NCBI GenBank assembly: GCA_030652755.1
Contig: JAUSPV010000224.1
Span: 14,770-78,769 of the forward strand
Source: Caulobacter sp.
GTDB taxonomy: Bacteria > Pseudomonadota > Alphaproteobacteria > Caulobacterales > Caulobacteraceae
Direction of reading: 5' to 3'
DNA: 64,000 bases
This document shows, one piece after another, positions 48,599 through 58,445 of this stretch (the first letter of the stretch is position 1; the number at the start of each line of letters is the position of its first letter). The position numbers and the translations under genes are program-made. Under the pieces are notes generated by a model. That model did no database searches. It saw only the letters and a list, made by a program, of their open reading frames with translations, and was not told the DNA's origin.

Positions 48599-49755
48599 GC
48601 GGCCACCCCCGCCACCGGCTTCTTGCGTGACTCGCTCAATCCCATGGGCAGCCATTCGCGCCAGCCGTGCCGGCGCCGGACGGGTCGGTACAGCTGACCA
48701 AAGCCCCAGGCCATGGTGGCGAGCGGGATCAGATACTGAACGACGTTGAGGGCCGGCGTGTCTTCACAGGCAGCCTGGACGGCGAAGCCGACGATCCGCA
48801 CCGTCGCCGCCGCCGCACCGACGACAGCGATGCGTCTGCCATAGCCCAGGCGACTGAAGCTGGAGCCCAGGACCGCGGCCAGCGCCAGGGCCATAAAGGC
48901 CAGGCTGTAGAGCGGCGAGGCCAGGCGCGAATGCCCCTCGGCCAGCAATTTCCCCCGGTTCTTCTTCTCGTAAGCCTGGGAGAGGTCCGGATTGAGCAGC
49001 TCATGCAGATAGCGGTCGGAGGCCTTGTAAGTGACGACCTCCGACGTGCTCAGGAAGGGCGCGAGCTCAAGCGCGTATTCCTCGAAAGACAGATAGTTCA
49101 ACACGCCGGTGGTGGAGAACTCCTGGTTCGAGCCGTTGCGCATGACCAGCACCGGCTTGCCGCCCCGCTCGGTGATGCGGCCCTCCCGGGCCGTATAGGT
49201 GGTGGCGCCGCCGTCCAGCTTGCGGTGGTGGATGAACAGGTTGCGGATCTCGCCGTTGGGGTCGACGCTCTGGCCATAGACGGTGAGCCTGGGGGCCGGT
49301 TCGGAGAACTCGCCTTCACGGATCAGGGTCGCCGCCACGTCGCTACGCGCCGCCGAGACGATCTCGCGCATCGCCCGGTAGGACGTGGGCTGGACCCAGA
49401 GGTTCACCGTCAGCCCGACCAGCACCGCCAGCGTGGCCAGCCGCACGGCCGGCGAGATCAGCCGCCAACGGCTCATGCCGCCCGCCTGGCAGACCACAAG
49501 CTCGTGATCGGTCTGCAGCCGGTTCAGCGCAACGAGGGCGGCGACGAAGATGGCGATGGGCAGGATCAGGTTCATCAGCTGCGGCATCGCCAGCAGGATG
49601 ACCTGCAGATAGATCCAGGCGGTCTGGCGCTGCTCGATGATGATGTCGAGGCGACCCAGGCTCTGGCTCAGCAGTCCGACGGCGCCCAGCGCGGCGGTGG
49701 CCAGCAGGGTCGGCGTCAGCAGCTGGCGAAAAAGGTAGCGCTCGATCAGACGCAT
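48595..49755 (-). CDS. lptF: LPS export permease LptF
   Basis: IERYLFRQ and DHELVVCQAGGMS motifs. Confidence 0.92.
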   Translation of the reverse strand: MRLIERYLFRQLLTPTLLATAALGAVGLLSQSLGRLDIIIEQRQTAWIYLQVILLAMPQLMNLILPIAIFVAALVALNRLQTDHELVVCQAGGMSRWRLISPAVRLATLAVLVGLTVNLWVQPTSYRAMREIVSAARSDVAATLIREGEFSEPAPRLTVYGQSVDPNGEIRNLFIHHRKLDGGATTYTAREGRITERGGKPVLVMRNGSNQEFSTTGVLNYLSFEEYALELAPFLSTSEVVTYKASDRYLHELLNPDLSQAYEKKNRGKLLAEGHSRLASPLYSLAFMALALAAVLGSSFSRLGYGRRIAVVGAAAATVRIVGFAVQAACEDTPALNVVQYLIPLATMAWGFGQLYRPVRRRHGWREWLPMGLSESRKKPVAGVAA

Positions 49756-49906
49756 GAAGGGAAGCTGGGCCCGTTAGGCGGCAGGGGAAAACCCCAAATC
49801 AGGAGTGGACCGTTCTATACCCCCCCCGACGTCGGAAACAACCGCCCGCGCTTCCCTCCGGGCCCGGGTTGGACTATGCCGCGCGGACCACTTTCAGGAG
49901 CGTTCC

Positions 49907-51391
49907 ATGCGCATCGAGTTCGTCGCCTTCGACGTTGGCCAGTCCCCTTCGGGCGGCGCCGCCGCGGTCATGGTCTTCGAGAACGGCAAGATGTCCACCG
50001 CCGCCGAGGCCATGGACAAGGCGACCTCCGGGGCGTTGTCCCGCGCCCTGGCGGCCGCGCCGCGCTTCGCCGGCAAGCCGGGCCAGACCGTTGAGCTCGT
50101 TGCTCCGGCAGGCCTGGACGTCCAGCGGCTGCTCGCCGTCGGCGCGGGGCCGGCCGATGGCCCGGGCGGCGACACGGCCGAGCGTTTCGCGGCCCAGGCC
50201 TATGGCGCGGTCAAACTGTCGGGCGCCAAGGTGCTGCACGTCTTCACGCCGGGAGCCCGGGCCGAGGACTCGGCCCGGGCCGCCTTCGGCGCCACGCTGG
50301 CCGCCTACCGCTTCGACAAGTACCTGACCACCGAGAAGGCCGAGAAGAAGCCCTCCATCGAGGTGGTGCGGGTGATCACTGACGACGTCGCCGCCGCCGA
50401 GGCCGCCTTCGCGCCGCTCAAGGCGCTGGCCGAGGGCGTCTACTTCTCGCGCGATCTGGTCTCCGAGCCGCCGAACGTCCTGTTCCCCGCCGAGTACGCT
50501 CGCCGGATCAAGGACCTGGAGTCGCTCGGCCTCGAGGTCGAGGTCCTGGGCGAGGCCGAGATGGCCAAGCTCGGCATGGGCAGCCTGCTCGGCGTCGGCC
50601 AGGGCAGCATCCGCGACAGCCAGCTGGTCGTCATCCAGTGGAAGAACGGCGGCGATACTCAGCCGATCGCCTTCGTCGGCAAGGGCGTCACCTTCGACAC
50701 CGGCGGCATCAGCATCAAGCCCGCCGACGGCATGGAGGACATGAAGTGGGACATGGGCGGGTCGGCCGCCGTGGCCGGTCTCATGCACGTGCTCGCCGGC
50801 CGCAAGGCCAAGGTCAACGCCATCGGCATCCTGGGCCTCGTCGAGAATATGCCGGACGGCAACGCCCAGCGCCCGGGCGACGTGGTCACCTCGATGTCCG
50901 GCCAGACCATCGAGATCATCAACACCGACGCCGAGGGCCGCCTCGTGCTGGCCGACGCCCTCTGGTACTGCCAGGACCGCTTCAAGCCCCGGTTCATGGT
51001 CGATCTCGCCACCCTGACCGGCGCGATCATCATCTCACTGGGCAACGACTACGCCGGATTGTTCAGCAATGACGATGCGTTGTCGGAGAATCTTCTGGCG
51101 GCGTCGAAGGCCTCCGGCGAGACGCTTTGGCGGATGCCGCTTCCGGACGCCTACAACAAGCAGATCGAGAGCATGATCGCCGATGTGAAGAACACCGGCG
51201 GTCGGCCGGGCGGCTCGATCACCGCCGCGCTGTTCCTGCAGAAGTTCGTCAACGGCGTGCCCTGGGCCCACCTCGACATCGCCGGCACCGCCTGGAAGAA
51301 GCCCTCGACGGTTCCGACCATCCCGGATGGCGCCGTCGGCTTCGGCGTGCGGCTGCTCAACCAGCTGGTCGCCGACAAGTACGAGGTCTGA
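49907..51391 (+). CDS. pepA: Leucyl aminopeptidase (M17)
   Basis: GKGVTFDTGG, MKWDMGG and NTDAEGRL motifs. Confidence 0.97.
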   Translation: MRIEFVAFDVGQSPSGGAAAVMVFENGKMSTAAEAMDKATSGALSRALAAAPRFAGKPGQTVELVAPAGLDVQRLLAVGAGPADGPGGDTAERFAAQAYGAVKLSGAKVLHVFTPGARAEDSARAAFGATLAAYRFDKYLTTEKAEKKPSIEVVRVITDDVAAAEAAFAPLKALAEGVYFSRDLVSEPPNVLFPAEYARRIKDLESLGLEVEVLGEAEMAKLGMGSLLGVGQGSIRDSQLVVIQWKNGGDTQPIAFVGKGVTFDTGGISIKPADGMEDMKWDMGGSAAVAGLMHVLAGRKAKVNAIGILGLVENMPDGNAQRPGDVVTSMSGQTIEIINTDAEGRLVLADALWYCQDRFKPRFMVDLATLTGAIIISLGNDYAGLFSNDDALSENLLAASKASGETLWRMPLPDAYNKQIESMIADVKNTGGRPGGSITAALFLQKFVNGVPWAHLDIAGTAWKKPSTVPTIPDGAVGFGVRLLNQLVADKYEV

Positions 51392-51406
51392 CGGGACGCA
51401 ACGCGC

Positions 51407-51865
51407 TTGAGCAATCCACCCTGCGAGGTCTGGTTCTACCACCTGGAGCGCTCGTCGCTCGACCAGGTGCTGCCTGATCTGCTGGACAAGACGCTCAAGC
51501 GCGGCTGGCGGGCGCTGGTCCGCACGCCCGAGCCGGAGCGTATTGACCACCTCGACGGCTGGCTGTGGAGCTATCGCGACGACAGCTTCCTGGCCCACGG
51601 GGCGGCGGATGAGCCGTTCGCCGATCACCAGCCGATCCTGCTGACGACTGGCCAGGACAATCCCAACGGGGCGCACGCCCTGTTCCTGATCGACAACGCC
51701 GAGCCGGGCGATCTTTCGCCGCACGAGCGGTGCATCGTATTGTTCGACGGTCGGGACGAGGCGGCGCTGGCCGCCGCCCGCGGTCGATGGAAGACGTTCA
51801 AGGCGCAGGGCCTGCCGGTCAGCTACTGGCAGCAGGCCGAGCGCGGATGGGAGAAGAAGGCATGA
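51407..51865 (+). CDS. holC: DNA polymerase III subunit chi
   Basis: VWFYHL, LWSYRDDSFLAHG and PILLT motifs; pepA-holC synteny. Confidence 0.93.
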   Translation: MSNPPCEVWFYHLERSSLDQVLPDLLDKTLKRGWRALVRTPEPERIDHLDGWLWSYRDDSFLAHGAADEPFADHQPILLTTGQDNPNGAHALFLIDNAEPGDLSPHERCIVLFDGRDEAALAAARGRWKTFKAQGLPVSYWQQAERGWEKKA

Positions 51866-52188
51866 TCCGCAAGCTGGCCACGCTCGCCGCAGTGCTGACC
51901 CTGTCAGCCTGCGCCTCGACGCCCGCGCCCCCGACGGCGCCCGCTTCGCCCATCACCGCGGGGCCGACCATGCCCCTGCCGCCGCCGCCGCCCGAGGACT
52001 CCTGCAAGTCGGGCGAGCTCCAGTATCTGGTCGGCCGCAACCGCAGCGAAATCCCGGTGCCCAACGACCCGTCGAAGCGCCGCGTGGCCTGCACGAGCTG
52101 CCCGGTGACCATGGACTACCGCCCCGACCGGCTGAACATCTTCTTCGACGCCGAGACCGGGATCGTCAAAGAGGTGAAGTGCGGGTAG
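51862..52188 (+). CDS. Lipoprotein, peptidase inhibitor I78 family
   Basis: Lipobox LSAC, Pro-rich linker, VTMDYRPDRLNI...VKCG. Confidence 0.8.
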   Translation: MIRKLATLAAVLTLSACASTPAPPTAPASPITAGPTMPLPPPPPEDSCKSGELQYLVGRNRSEIPVPNDPSKRRVACTSCPVTMDYRPDRLNIFFDAETGIVKEVKCG

Positions 52189-52192
52189 GCGG

Positions 52193-52297
52193 TGCGTGGT
52201 TCGACACGCGCCGTCGGCGCTGCTCAGCATGACTTTGGTGGGTAGACCTCTTTCTCAGTCATCCTGAGCGCCGCGCAGCGGCGTGTCGAGGAACGCA
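52193..52297. repeat. REP-like palindromic element, family 1, copy B
   Basis: TGCGTGGTTCGACACGC...GCGTGTCGAGGAACGCA; inner IR GCTCAGCATGACT/AGTCATCCTGAGC; between convergent genes. Confidence 0.8.
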
Positions 52298-52301
52298 TGC
52301 C

Positions 52302-52769
52302 TCACATGGTCTTCACGAGCGCGTTCAGCTGATCGGCGACCTGACCCCAGCCCTCGTGGAAGCCCATCTGCTCGTGCTGCGCCCTGGTCTCGGCGGTCCA
52401 GTGCCGGGCCCGGGCGGTGTAGCGGGTGCGACCGTCGCCGAAGTCTTCCAGTTCGATGATGGCGACCATGAACGGCTGACCGGTCGGGACCCAGCCCGGC
52501 AGGAAAGCGTCGGTCGTGACGATGCGCCGATTGGGGACCAGCTCTAGATAGACGCCGGGGTTGGGGAAGTCCTCGCCCTCGGGACTGCGCATGACGATGC
52601 CCGCGGAGCCACCGACCCGCAGGTCGCAATCGGCGGAGACGATGCTCCACGGCGCCGGCGCGAACCACTGCTTCATCAGCTCCGGCGTTGTCCAGGCCTT
52701 GAAGACCTTGTCGGGCGTCGCGTCGAGGATGCGTTCCAGGACCAATTCGTGTTCGGCGGTCGGGGTCAT
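52302..52769 (-). CDS. SRPBCC/AHSA1 domain protein
   Basis: VFKAWT, DLRVGG and HEQMGFHEGW motifs. Confidence 0.88.
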   Translation of the reverse strand: MTPTAEHELVLERILDATPDKVFKAWTTPELMKQWFAPAPWSIVSADCDLRVGGSAGIVMRSPEGEDFPNPGVYLELVPNRRIVTTDAFLPGWVPTGQPFMVAIIELEDFGDGRTRYTARARHWTAETRAQHEQMGFHEGWGQVADQLNALVKTM

Positions 52770-52962
52770 CAGGCGTTCCTCGTGTGAAGGTCGGTCGGTT
52801 CGGCGAGCGGAGCCGTGGTCGTTCCCAGGACGGACGGGGGCGAACGATCCCGACAGGCGGGCGAAAATTCCAGCGGAATTTGATACAGATCATCACTGGC
52901 CGGTCCGGCGAGGCGCCTCATCGCGGTCGCGGCGGACGGGCCGAGCTTCGGAGACCGGGACC

Positions 52963-53349
52963 ATGCGAAACGCGCTGATCGTCAGCCTTCTGTTCGTCGC
53001 GGCCTGCGCGGGCGGACCGCCAGTCGAGCCCGCACGGACCCAAGCGCCACAGCCCCCGGGCGACGTCTTCTACGGCAAACAGGTCGCCGAGCGGTACTGT
53101 GGGGGCTGTCACGCGGTCTCCCACGGGCCCAGCCGGATGGAGAGCGCGCCCGCCTTCACCGGTCTTCACCGACGCTACGACGAGGGCGGTTTGCGGCGGC
53201 TGCTGGAGGAGGGCTTGATCCTGCCCTCGGACCGGATGCAGGAGGAGGGCTCTCGCTACACCCACCCTCGCATGCCCGCCGTGGTCCTGGGCGCGGATGA
53301 AGCCTCCGCCCTGATTGCCTACCTGCGCAGTCTGGAGCCCGCTCGCTGA
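52963..53349 (+). CDS. Mono-heme cytochrome c lipoprotein
   Basis: Signal ending VAAC; CGGCH; HPRMP distal Met. Confidence 0.82.
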   Translation: MRNALIVSLLFVAACAGGPPVEPARTQAPQPPGDVFYGKQVAERYCGGCHAVSHGPSRMESAPAFTGLHRRYDEGGLRRLLEEGLILPSDRMQEEGSRYTHPRMPAVVLGADEASALIAYLRSLEPAR

Positions 53350-53353
53350 GCCC

Positions 53354-55237
53354 TCAGGCCTCCACCCCGGCTAGCTGCTCGGCGATCTCCATCCATTCGG
53401 CCTCGGCCTTGTCGACGGCGGCCTGCGCCTTCAGGCGCTTCTGGCCGAAGTCGGCGGCCTTGCGGGGGTCCTTCACGTAGATCGCCGGGTCGGCGAGGAT
53501 CGTATCGATCTCTTCCAAGGCCTTGGTGGTCCGGGCGACGACGGCCTCGGCGGCTTCCAGCCGGCGCTTGAGCGGTCCTGCCATCCCGGCGGCCGGGCGC
53601 GGCGCGGGCGGCGGCGGCGGGGGAGCGGCCGGTTCCTCGCGCTTGACCTGCGAGGGCGCCCGGGCGGCGACGCGGGCCCGGTCGATGACGAATTTGGCGT
53701 AGTCGTCCATGTCGCCGTCGAACGGCTTGATCGAGCCGTCGGCGGCCAGCCACAGCCGGTCGGCGACCAGCTCCATAAGCGAGCGGTCGTGGGTGATCAG
53801 GATCACCGCCCCCTCGTACTCGTTCAACGCGTCGAGCAGCGACCGGCGCGAGTCGATGTCCAGGTGGTTGGTCGGCTCGTCGAGGATCAGCATGTGCGGC
53901 GCGTCCATCGCCACCAGGTTGAGCAGCAGACGGGCGCGCTCGCCGCCCGACAGGTTCTCGACGGTGGTCTCCTGCTTTTCAAACGGCAGGCCGAACTGGG
54001 CCAGACGTGAGCGGCGCGACGACTCGCTGGCCTCGGGCATGGCGCGGCGGATGATCTCCAGCGCCGTGTCCTCGGGATCCATGGCCTCGATCTGGTGCTG
54101 GTGGAACCAGCCGACCCGCATCTTGCGGTCACGGTGGAACTCGCCGGTCTGGACGCCGAGCGCCCCGGCAATCAGCTTGGCGAAGGTCGACTTGCCGGCG
54201 CCGTTGACGCCCAGCAGGCCGATGCGGTCGTCGAGATCCATCCGCAGATTCAGGTTCTTGAGGATGGGCCGCCCCTCCTCGTAGCCGACGTTGGCCCGCT
54301 CCAGCCGGATCAGCGGCGGGGCAAGAGGGCGTGGCGGCGAGGGCAGGGTGAAGGGGGCGACGCGCTCCTCGATCGTCGTGGCCACCGGCTCCATCTTGGC
54401 CAGCCGCTTCATCCGCGACTGGGCCTGGGCGGCCTTGGAGGCCTTGGCCTTGAAGCGGTCGACGAAGGACTGCAGGTGGGCGCGCTCGGCCTCCTGCTTG
54501 GCCTTGGCCGACAGCTGAAGCCGCGACTTCTCGGCGCGCATCTTCTCGAAGTCGTCGTAGCCGCCGGTGTAGATTTCCAGCTTGGCGGCCGCCAGGTGCA
54601 GGATGTGGGTGCAGCTGTTGTTCAGAAGCTCGCGGTCGTGGCTGATGATCAGCGCCGTGTGGGGATACTTCTTCAGCCGCGCCTCGAGCCACATGGCGCC
54701 TTCGAGGTCGAGGTAGTTGGTTGGTTCGTCGAGCAGCAGCAGGTCCGGTTCGCTGAACAGCGCCGCGGCCAGGGCCACGCGCATCCGCCAGCCGCCGGAG
54801 AACTCGGCCATCGGCCGCTCGAGGTCCTCGGTGCTGAAGCCGAGACCGGCGAGGATTTCGGCGGCCTTGGCCGGGGCCGCGTCGGAGTCGATCTCGATCA
54901 GGCGGGTCCAGATGTCGCCCATTTCCTCGGGGTCGGCGGTCTCAAGCCGGGTCAGCAGCGTGTGGCGCTCCTCGTCGGCTTCGAGGATCGTGTCGATCAG
55001 CGACACCGGCGTCGCGGGATGCTCCTGCGCCACCTGGCCAATGCGGGTGCTCTTGGGCAGCACGATCTCGTCGCCGCCCGCGACCAGCTCGCCCATGATC
55101 AGTTTGAACAGCGTCGACTTGCCCACGCCGTTGCGCCCGACCAGGCCCACCTTGGAGCCAGGCGGCAGCGAGACGCCGGCCTTCTCGAAGAAGCGCCGCC
55201 CCCAGGCGTCGAAGGTGAGGTCATTGATCTGAAGCAT
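53354..55237 (-). CDS. ABC-F family ATPase
   Basis: Two NBDs (GRNGVGKST/FSGGW; GVNGAGKST/LSGGE), no TM, C-terminal coiled coil. Confidence 0.95.
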   Translation of the reverse strand: MLQINDLTFDAWGRRFFEKAGVSLPPGSKVGLVGRNGVGKSTLFKLIMGELVAGGDEIVLPKSTRIGQVAQEHPATPVSLIDTILEADEERHTLLTRLETADPEEMGDIWTRLIEIDSDAAPAKAAEILAGLGFSTEDLERPMAEFSGGWRMRVALAAALFSEPDLLLLDEPTNYLDLEGAMWLEARLKKYPHTALIISHDRELLNNSCTHILHLAAAKLEIYTGGYDDFEKMRAEKSRLQLSAKAKQEAERAHLQSFVDRFKAKASKAAQAQSRMKRLAKMEPVATTIEERVAPFTLPSPPRPLAPPLIRLERANVGYEEGRPILKNLNLRMDLDDRIGLLGVNGAGKSTFAKLIAGALGVQTGEFHRDRKMRVGWFHQHQIEAMDPEDTALEIIRRAMPEASESSRRSRLAQFGLPFEKQETTVENLSGGERARLLLNLVAMDAPHMLILDEPTNHLDIDSRRSLLDALNEYEGAVILITHDRSLMELVADRLWLAADGSIKPFDGDMDDYAKFVIDRARVAARAPSQVKREEPAAPPPPPPAPRPAAGMAGPLKRRLEAAEAVVARTTKALEEIDTILADPAIYVKDPRKAADFGQKRLKAQAAVDKAEAEWMEIAEQLAGVEA

Positions 55238-55338
55238 GAAACAGTTAGGTCGTCACAAAGGTTGGCGGATCGAGGGCCCGCCGCTATAAGCCCGCGACCC
55301 TCAAAACACCAACTCTGTGTAAGGCTCCCAGACTAGCC

Positions 55339-55758
55339 ATGACCGAACGCACCTTCTCGATCATCAAACCCGACGCCACGCGCCGCAACCTGACCGGCAA
55401 GATCAACGCCGTCATCGAAGACGCCGGCCTGCGCATCGTCGCCCAGCGCCGCGTCCGCCTGAGCGACGCCCAGGCGAAGAAGTTCTACGAAGTTCACGCC
55501 GAGCGCCCTTTCTACGGCGAGCTGGTCGGTCAGATGACCGCCGAGCCGGTCGTCGTGCAGGTTCTGGAAGGCGACAACGCCGTGGCCCGCTACCGCGAAG
55601 TCATGGGCGCCACCAACCCGGAGCAGGCCGCCGACGGCACGATCCGCAAGTTGTTCGCGCTCTCGATCGGCGAGAACTCGGTCCACGGTTCGGATTCCAT
55701 CGAGAACGCCGGCATCGAGATCGCCCAGTTCTTCACTGACGCCGACATCGTCGGCTAA
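55339..55758 (+). CDS. ndk: Nucleoside diphosphate kinase
   Basis: TFSIIKPDA and NSVHGSDS motifs. Confidence 0.98.
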   Translation: MTERTFSIIKPDATRRNLTGKINAVIEDAGLRIVAQRRVRLSDAQAKKFYEVHAERPFYGELVGQMTAEPVVVQVLEGDNAVARYREVMGATNPEQAADGTIRKLFALSIGENSVHGSDSIENAGIEIAQFFTDADIVG

Positions 55759-55770
55759 GGCATAGCGATC

Positions 55771-56412
55771 ATGCGCCGCTACAGCAGACCTGCTCTGTTG
55801 CTGGCGGCGCTGCTGGCCGCGCTGGCCGGCTACATTGACGCCGTCGGGTTTCTGCAACTCGGCGGCTTCTTCGTTTCCTTCATGAGCGGCAACTCGACCC
55901 GCCTCGGCGTCGGCGCGGCGCTGGGGGATCTGACCATCGTCGCCACGGCGGGCGGGCTGATTGCCCTGTTCGTGGTCGGGGTGATCGGCGGGGTGCTGGT
56001 CGCGCCCGAGTGGTGGCGCTGGCGACGTGTGTCGGTGCTGACTCTGGTCACCGCCCTGTTGGCGGCCGCCGCCTGGCTGGCCGGGCAGGGCAGTCCCGCC
56101 TCCGCCGCTTTCGCCGCCCTGGCCATGGGCGCGCTCAATGCCGTGTTCCAGCGCGATGGCGATATCGCCATCGGCGTCACTTACATGACCGGCGCCCTGG
56201 TCCGCATGGGCCAGCGGATCGCGATGGCCCTGCGCGGCGGACCGGTCTGGGACTTCGCGCCATTTCTGATGCTGTGGATGTCGCTGACCACCGGGGCGGT
56301 GCTTGGCGCGCTGAGCTACGGCAGGATCGGCGGCGCGGCCCTGTGGGTGGGGGCCGCCGTCAGCGCGGCGGTCGCGGCGCTGCTGGCGGCGCGGGACGGG
56401 AGACGCGGCTAG
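55771..56412 (+). CDS. YoaK/DUF1275 family membrane protein
   Basis: AGYIDAVGF, FVSFMSGN and TYMTG motifs. Confidence 0.88.
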   Translation: MRRYSRPALLLAALLAALAGYIDAVGFLQLGGFFVSFMSGNSTRLGVGAALGDLTIVATAGGLIALFVVGVIGGVLVAPEWWRWRRVSVLTLVTALLAAAAWLAGQGSPASAAFAALAMGALNAVFQRDGDIAIGVTYMTGALVRMGQRIAMALRGGPVWDFAPFLMLWMSLTTGAVLGALSYGRIGGAALWVGAAVSAAVAALLAARDGRRG

Positions 56413-56621
56413 GATCGCAGCCCGGCCAGATCCGGATAGCTCTCGCGGGCCTCCTCGCCCGTGATCACCTGCGTGCCGCGCGGGGTCTCCTCCCACCAGG
56501 CCTGGCAGGCGTCGCAGCGGTAGAGCACCGCCCCGCCGGCGTTCGCGCCCAGACGGTTGGGCAGGTGGCCGTCGATTAGCCACTGGCGGCGGCAGGTCTC
56601 GCAGCCGCGCAGGCGGGCCAT
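56409..56621 (-). CDS. Small hypothetical protein with two CxxC pairs
   Basis: 70 aa; CETC and CDAC; ATG overlaps purN stop (TGATG). Confidence 0.55.
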   Translation of the reverse strand: MARLRGCETCRRQWLIDGHLPNRLGANAGGAVLYRCDACQAWWEETPRGTQVITGEEARESYPDLAGLRS

Positions 56622-57199
56622 CAGCCGGCCACCAGGCGAGCCAGCGCCGCGGGGTAGAGGTCGTGCTCGGCCTCCAGCACGCGGGCGGCCAGGGCCTCCG
56701 GTGTGTCGCCCTTCAGGACCGGCACGCGGGACTGATCGAGGATCGGGCCCTCATCGACCCCCGCCGTGACCAGATGAACCGTGCAGCCGGCCTCCGCATC
56801 CCCGGCCTCGATCGCCCGGCGATGGGTGTCGAGCCCGGGATACTTCGGCAGCAGGGAAGGGTGGATGTTGATCATCCGGCCGGCCCAGGCCTCGACCAGC
56901 CAGGGCGTCAGCACGCGCATGTAGCCGGCCAGGGCCACGTACTCCGCCCCGGCCGCGCGCAGGGCGGCGTCGAGGGCGCGTTCGTGGGCCTCGCGGTCAG
57001 TCCCGAACGGCCGGTGGTCGATGCCCAGGGTCGGCACCCCGGCCGCGGCGGCGAGCGCGAGGCCCTGGGCGTCCGGCCTGTTGGACAGCACCAGCACCAC
57101 CTCATAGGGGCAATCGGGGGCTTTGGCCGCGTCGACGAGGGCCGTCATGTTCGAGCCGCGGCCGCTGATCAGAACGGCGACTTTGGCGCGGTCCGTCAT
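56621..57199 (-). CDS. purN: Phosphoribosylglycinamide formyltransferase
   Basis: VLISGRGSN, LAGYMR, INIHPSLLP and GCTVH motifs. Confidence 0.97.
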   Translation of the reverse strand: MTDRAKVAVLISGRGSNMTALVDAAKAPDCPYEVVLVLSNRPDAQGLALAAAAGVPTLGIDHRPFGTDREAHERALDAALRAAGAEYVALAGYMRVLTPWLVEAWAGRMINIHPSLLPKYPGLDTHRRAIEAGDAEAGCTVHLVTAGVDEGPILDQSRVPVLKGDTPEALAARVLEAEHDLYPAALARLVAG

Positions 57200-57312
57200 T
57201 GCGTGGTTCGCGACGCTCACTGCATTCGCTCCTCACCATGACGAAGACGGGGGCGTTCCACTGAATTCGTCATCCTGAGGAGCGGGCCTTGGCCCGCGTC
57301 GCGAAGGACGCA
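57200..57312. repeat. REP-like palindromic element, family 1, copy C
   Basis: TGCGTGGTTCGCGACGC...GCGTCGCGAAGGACGCA; inner IR GCTCCTCACCATGACGAA/TTCGTCATCCTGAGGAGC. Confidence 0.8.
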
Positions 57313-57326
57313 AGGCCACGCCGCCA

Positions 57327-58352
57327 TCATCCGTTGGCCAGCTCGCCGCAGACGAAGGCGTCCTCGCCGGCTTCGAGCAGAGCGGCCAGCACCTCCGGCG
57401 CGGCGTCCTTGCCGACGATCAGCAGCAGGCCGACGCCGCAGTTGAAGGTGCGGCGCATCTCGTGCTCGGAGATGCCGCCGGTCGCCTGCAGCCACTGGAA
57501 CACGGCCGGCATCTCCCAGGCGTTCCAGTCGAAGCGCGGGACCAGGCCGTCGGCGATGGCGCGGGGCGGGTTCTCGATGAGGCCGCCGCCGGTGATGTGG
57601 GCCAGACCCTTGATCTGGCCGGCCTTGATCAGGGCCATGGTCGACTTCACGTAGATGCGGGTCGGGGCCATCAGCGCCTGGGCCAGGGTCAGGCCTTCGG
57701 CGAACGGGCAGGGGGCGTCCCAAGCCAGGCCCGAGCGCTCCACCACCTTGCGGACCATCGAATAGCCGTTGCTGTGCGGACCGCTGGAGGCCAGGCCGAT
57801 CAGCACGTCGCCGGCCCGCTGGGTCTCCAGCTTGGGCAGCACGCCGTCGCGGTTCACGGCGCCGACGTTGAAGCCGGCCAGGTCGTACTCGCCGTCGGCG
57901 TACATGCCCGGCATCTCGGCCGTCTCGCCGCCGACCAGCGCGCAGCCGGCCAGCTTGCAGCCCTCGGCGATGCCCGCCACGACCCGCGTCGCGATGGCCA
58001 CGTCCAGCTTGCCGGTGGCGAAATAGTCGAGGAACAGCAGCGGCTCGGCGCCCTGGGCCAGCAGGTCGTTGACGCACATGGCGACCAGGTCGATCCCGAC
58101 CGTGTCGTGCAGGCCCGTCTCGATGGCGATCTTCAGCTTGGTGCCGACGCCGTCGGTCGTGGAGACCAGCAGCGGATCCTCGTAGCCGGCGGCCTTGAGG
58201 TCGAACAGGGCGCCAAAGCCGCCCAGGCCGCTGGCCACGCCGGGGCGCGCGGTGGCCCTGGCCAGCGGCTTGATGGCCTCGACGAGGGCATTGCCGGCGT
58301 CGATGTCGACGCCCGCCTGGGCGTAGGTGAGGCCGTTCGGCCGATCGGTCAT
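57327..58352 (-). CDS. purM: Phosphoribosylformylglycinamidine cyclo-ligase
   Basis: [24 protein letters not shown] and HSNGYS motifs. Confidence 0.97.
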   Translation of the reverse strand: MTDRPNGLTYAQAGVDIDAGNALVEAIKPLARATARPGVASGLGGFGALFDLKAAGYEDPLLVSTTDGVGTKLKIAIETGLHDTVGIDLVAMCVNDLLAQGAEPLLFLDYFATGKLDVAIATRVVAGIAEGCKLAGCALVGGETAEMPGMYADGEYDLAGFNVGAVNRDGVLPKLETQRAGDVLIGLASSGPHSNGYSMVRKVVERSGLAWDAPCPFAEGLTLAQALMAPTRIYVKSTMALIKAGQIKGLAHITGGGLIENPPRAIADGLVPRFDWNAWEMPAVFQWLQATGGISEHEMRRTFNCGVGLLLIVGKDAAPEVLAALLEAGEDAFVCGELANG

Positions 58353-58445
58353 GGGGCGTCTTCGCGGTGAGTTAGGGTATGAAAATGCAGCGGAAATGGC
58401 CTTGCCTCTTGCAGACTCGGCCCCGCGCGGGGCTATAGCTAGCCG

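Noticed and set aside
36631-57312. Palindromic repeats as a CRISPR array or autonomous IS
   Set aside because: Copies are dispersed, with no repeat-spacer periodicity, cas genes, transposase or clear target-site duplications.
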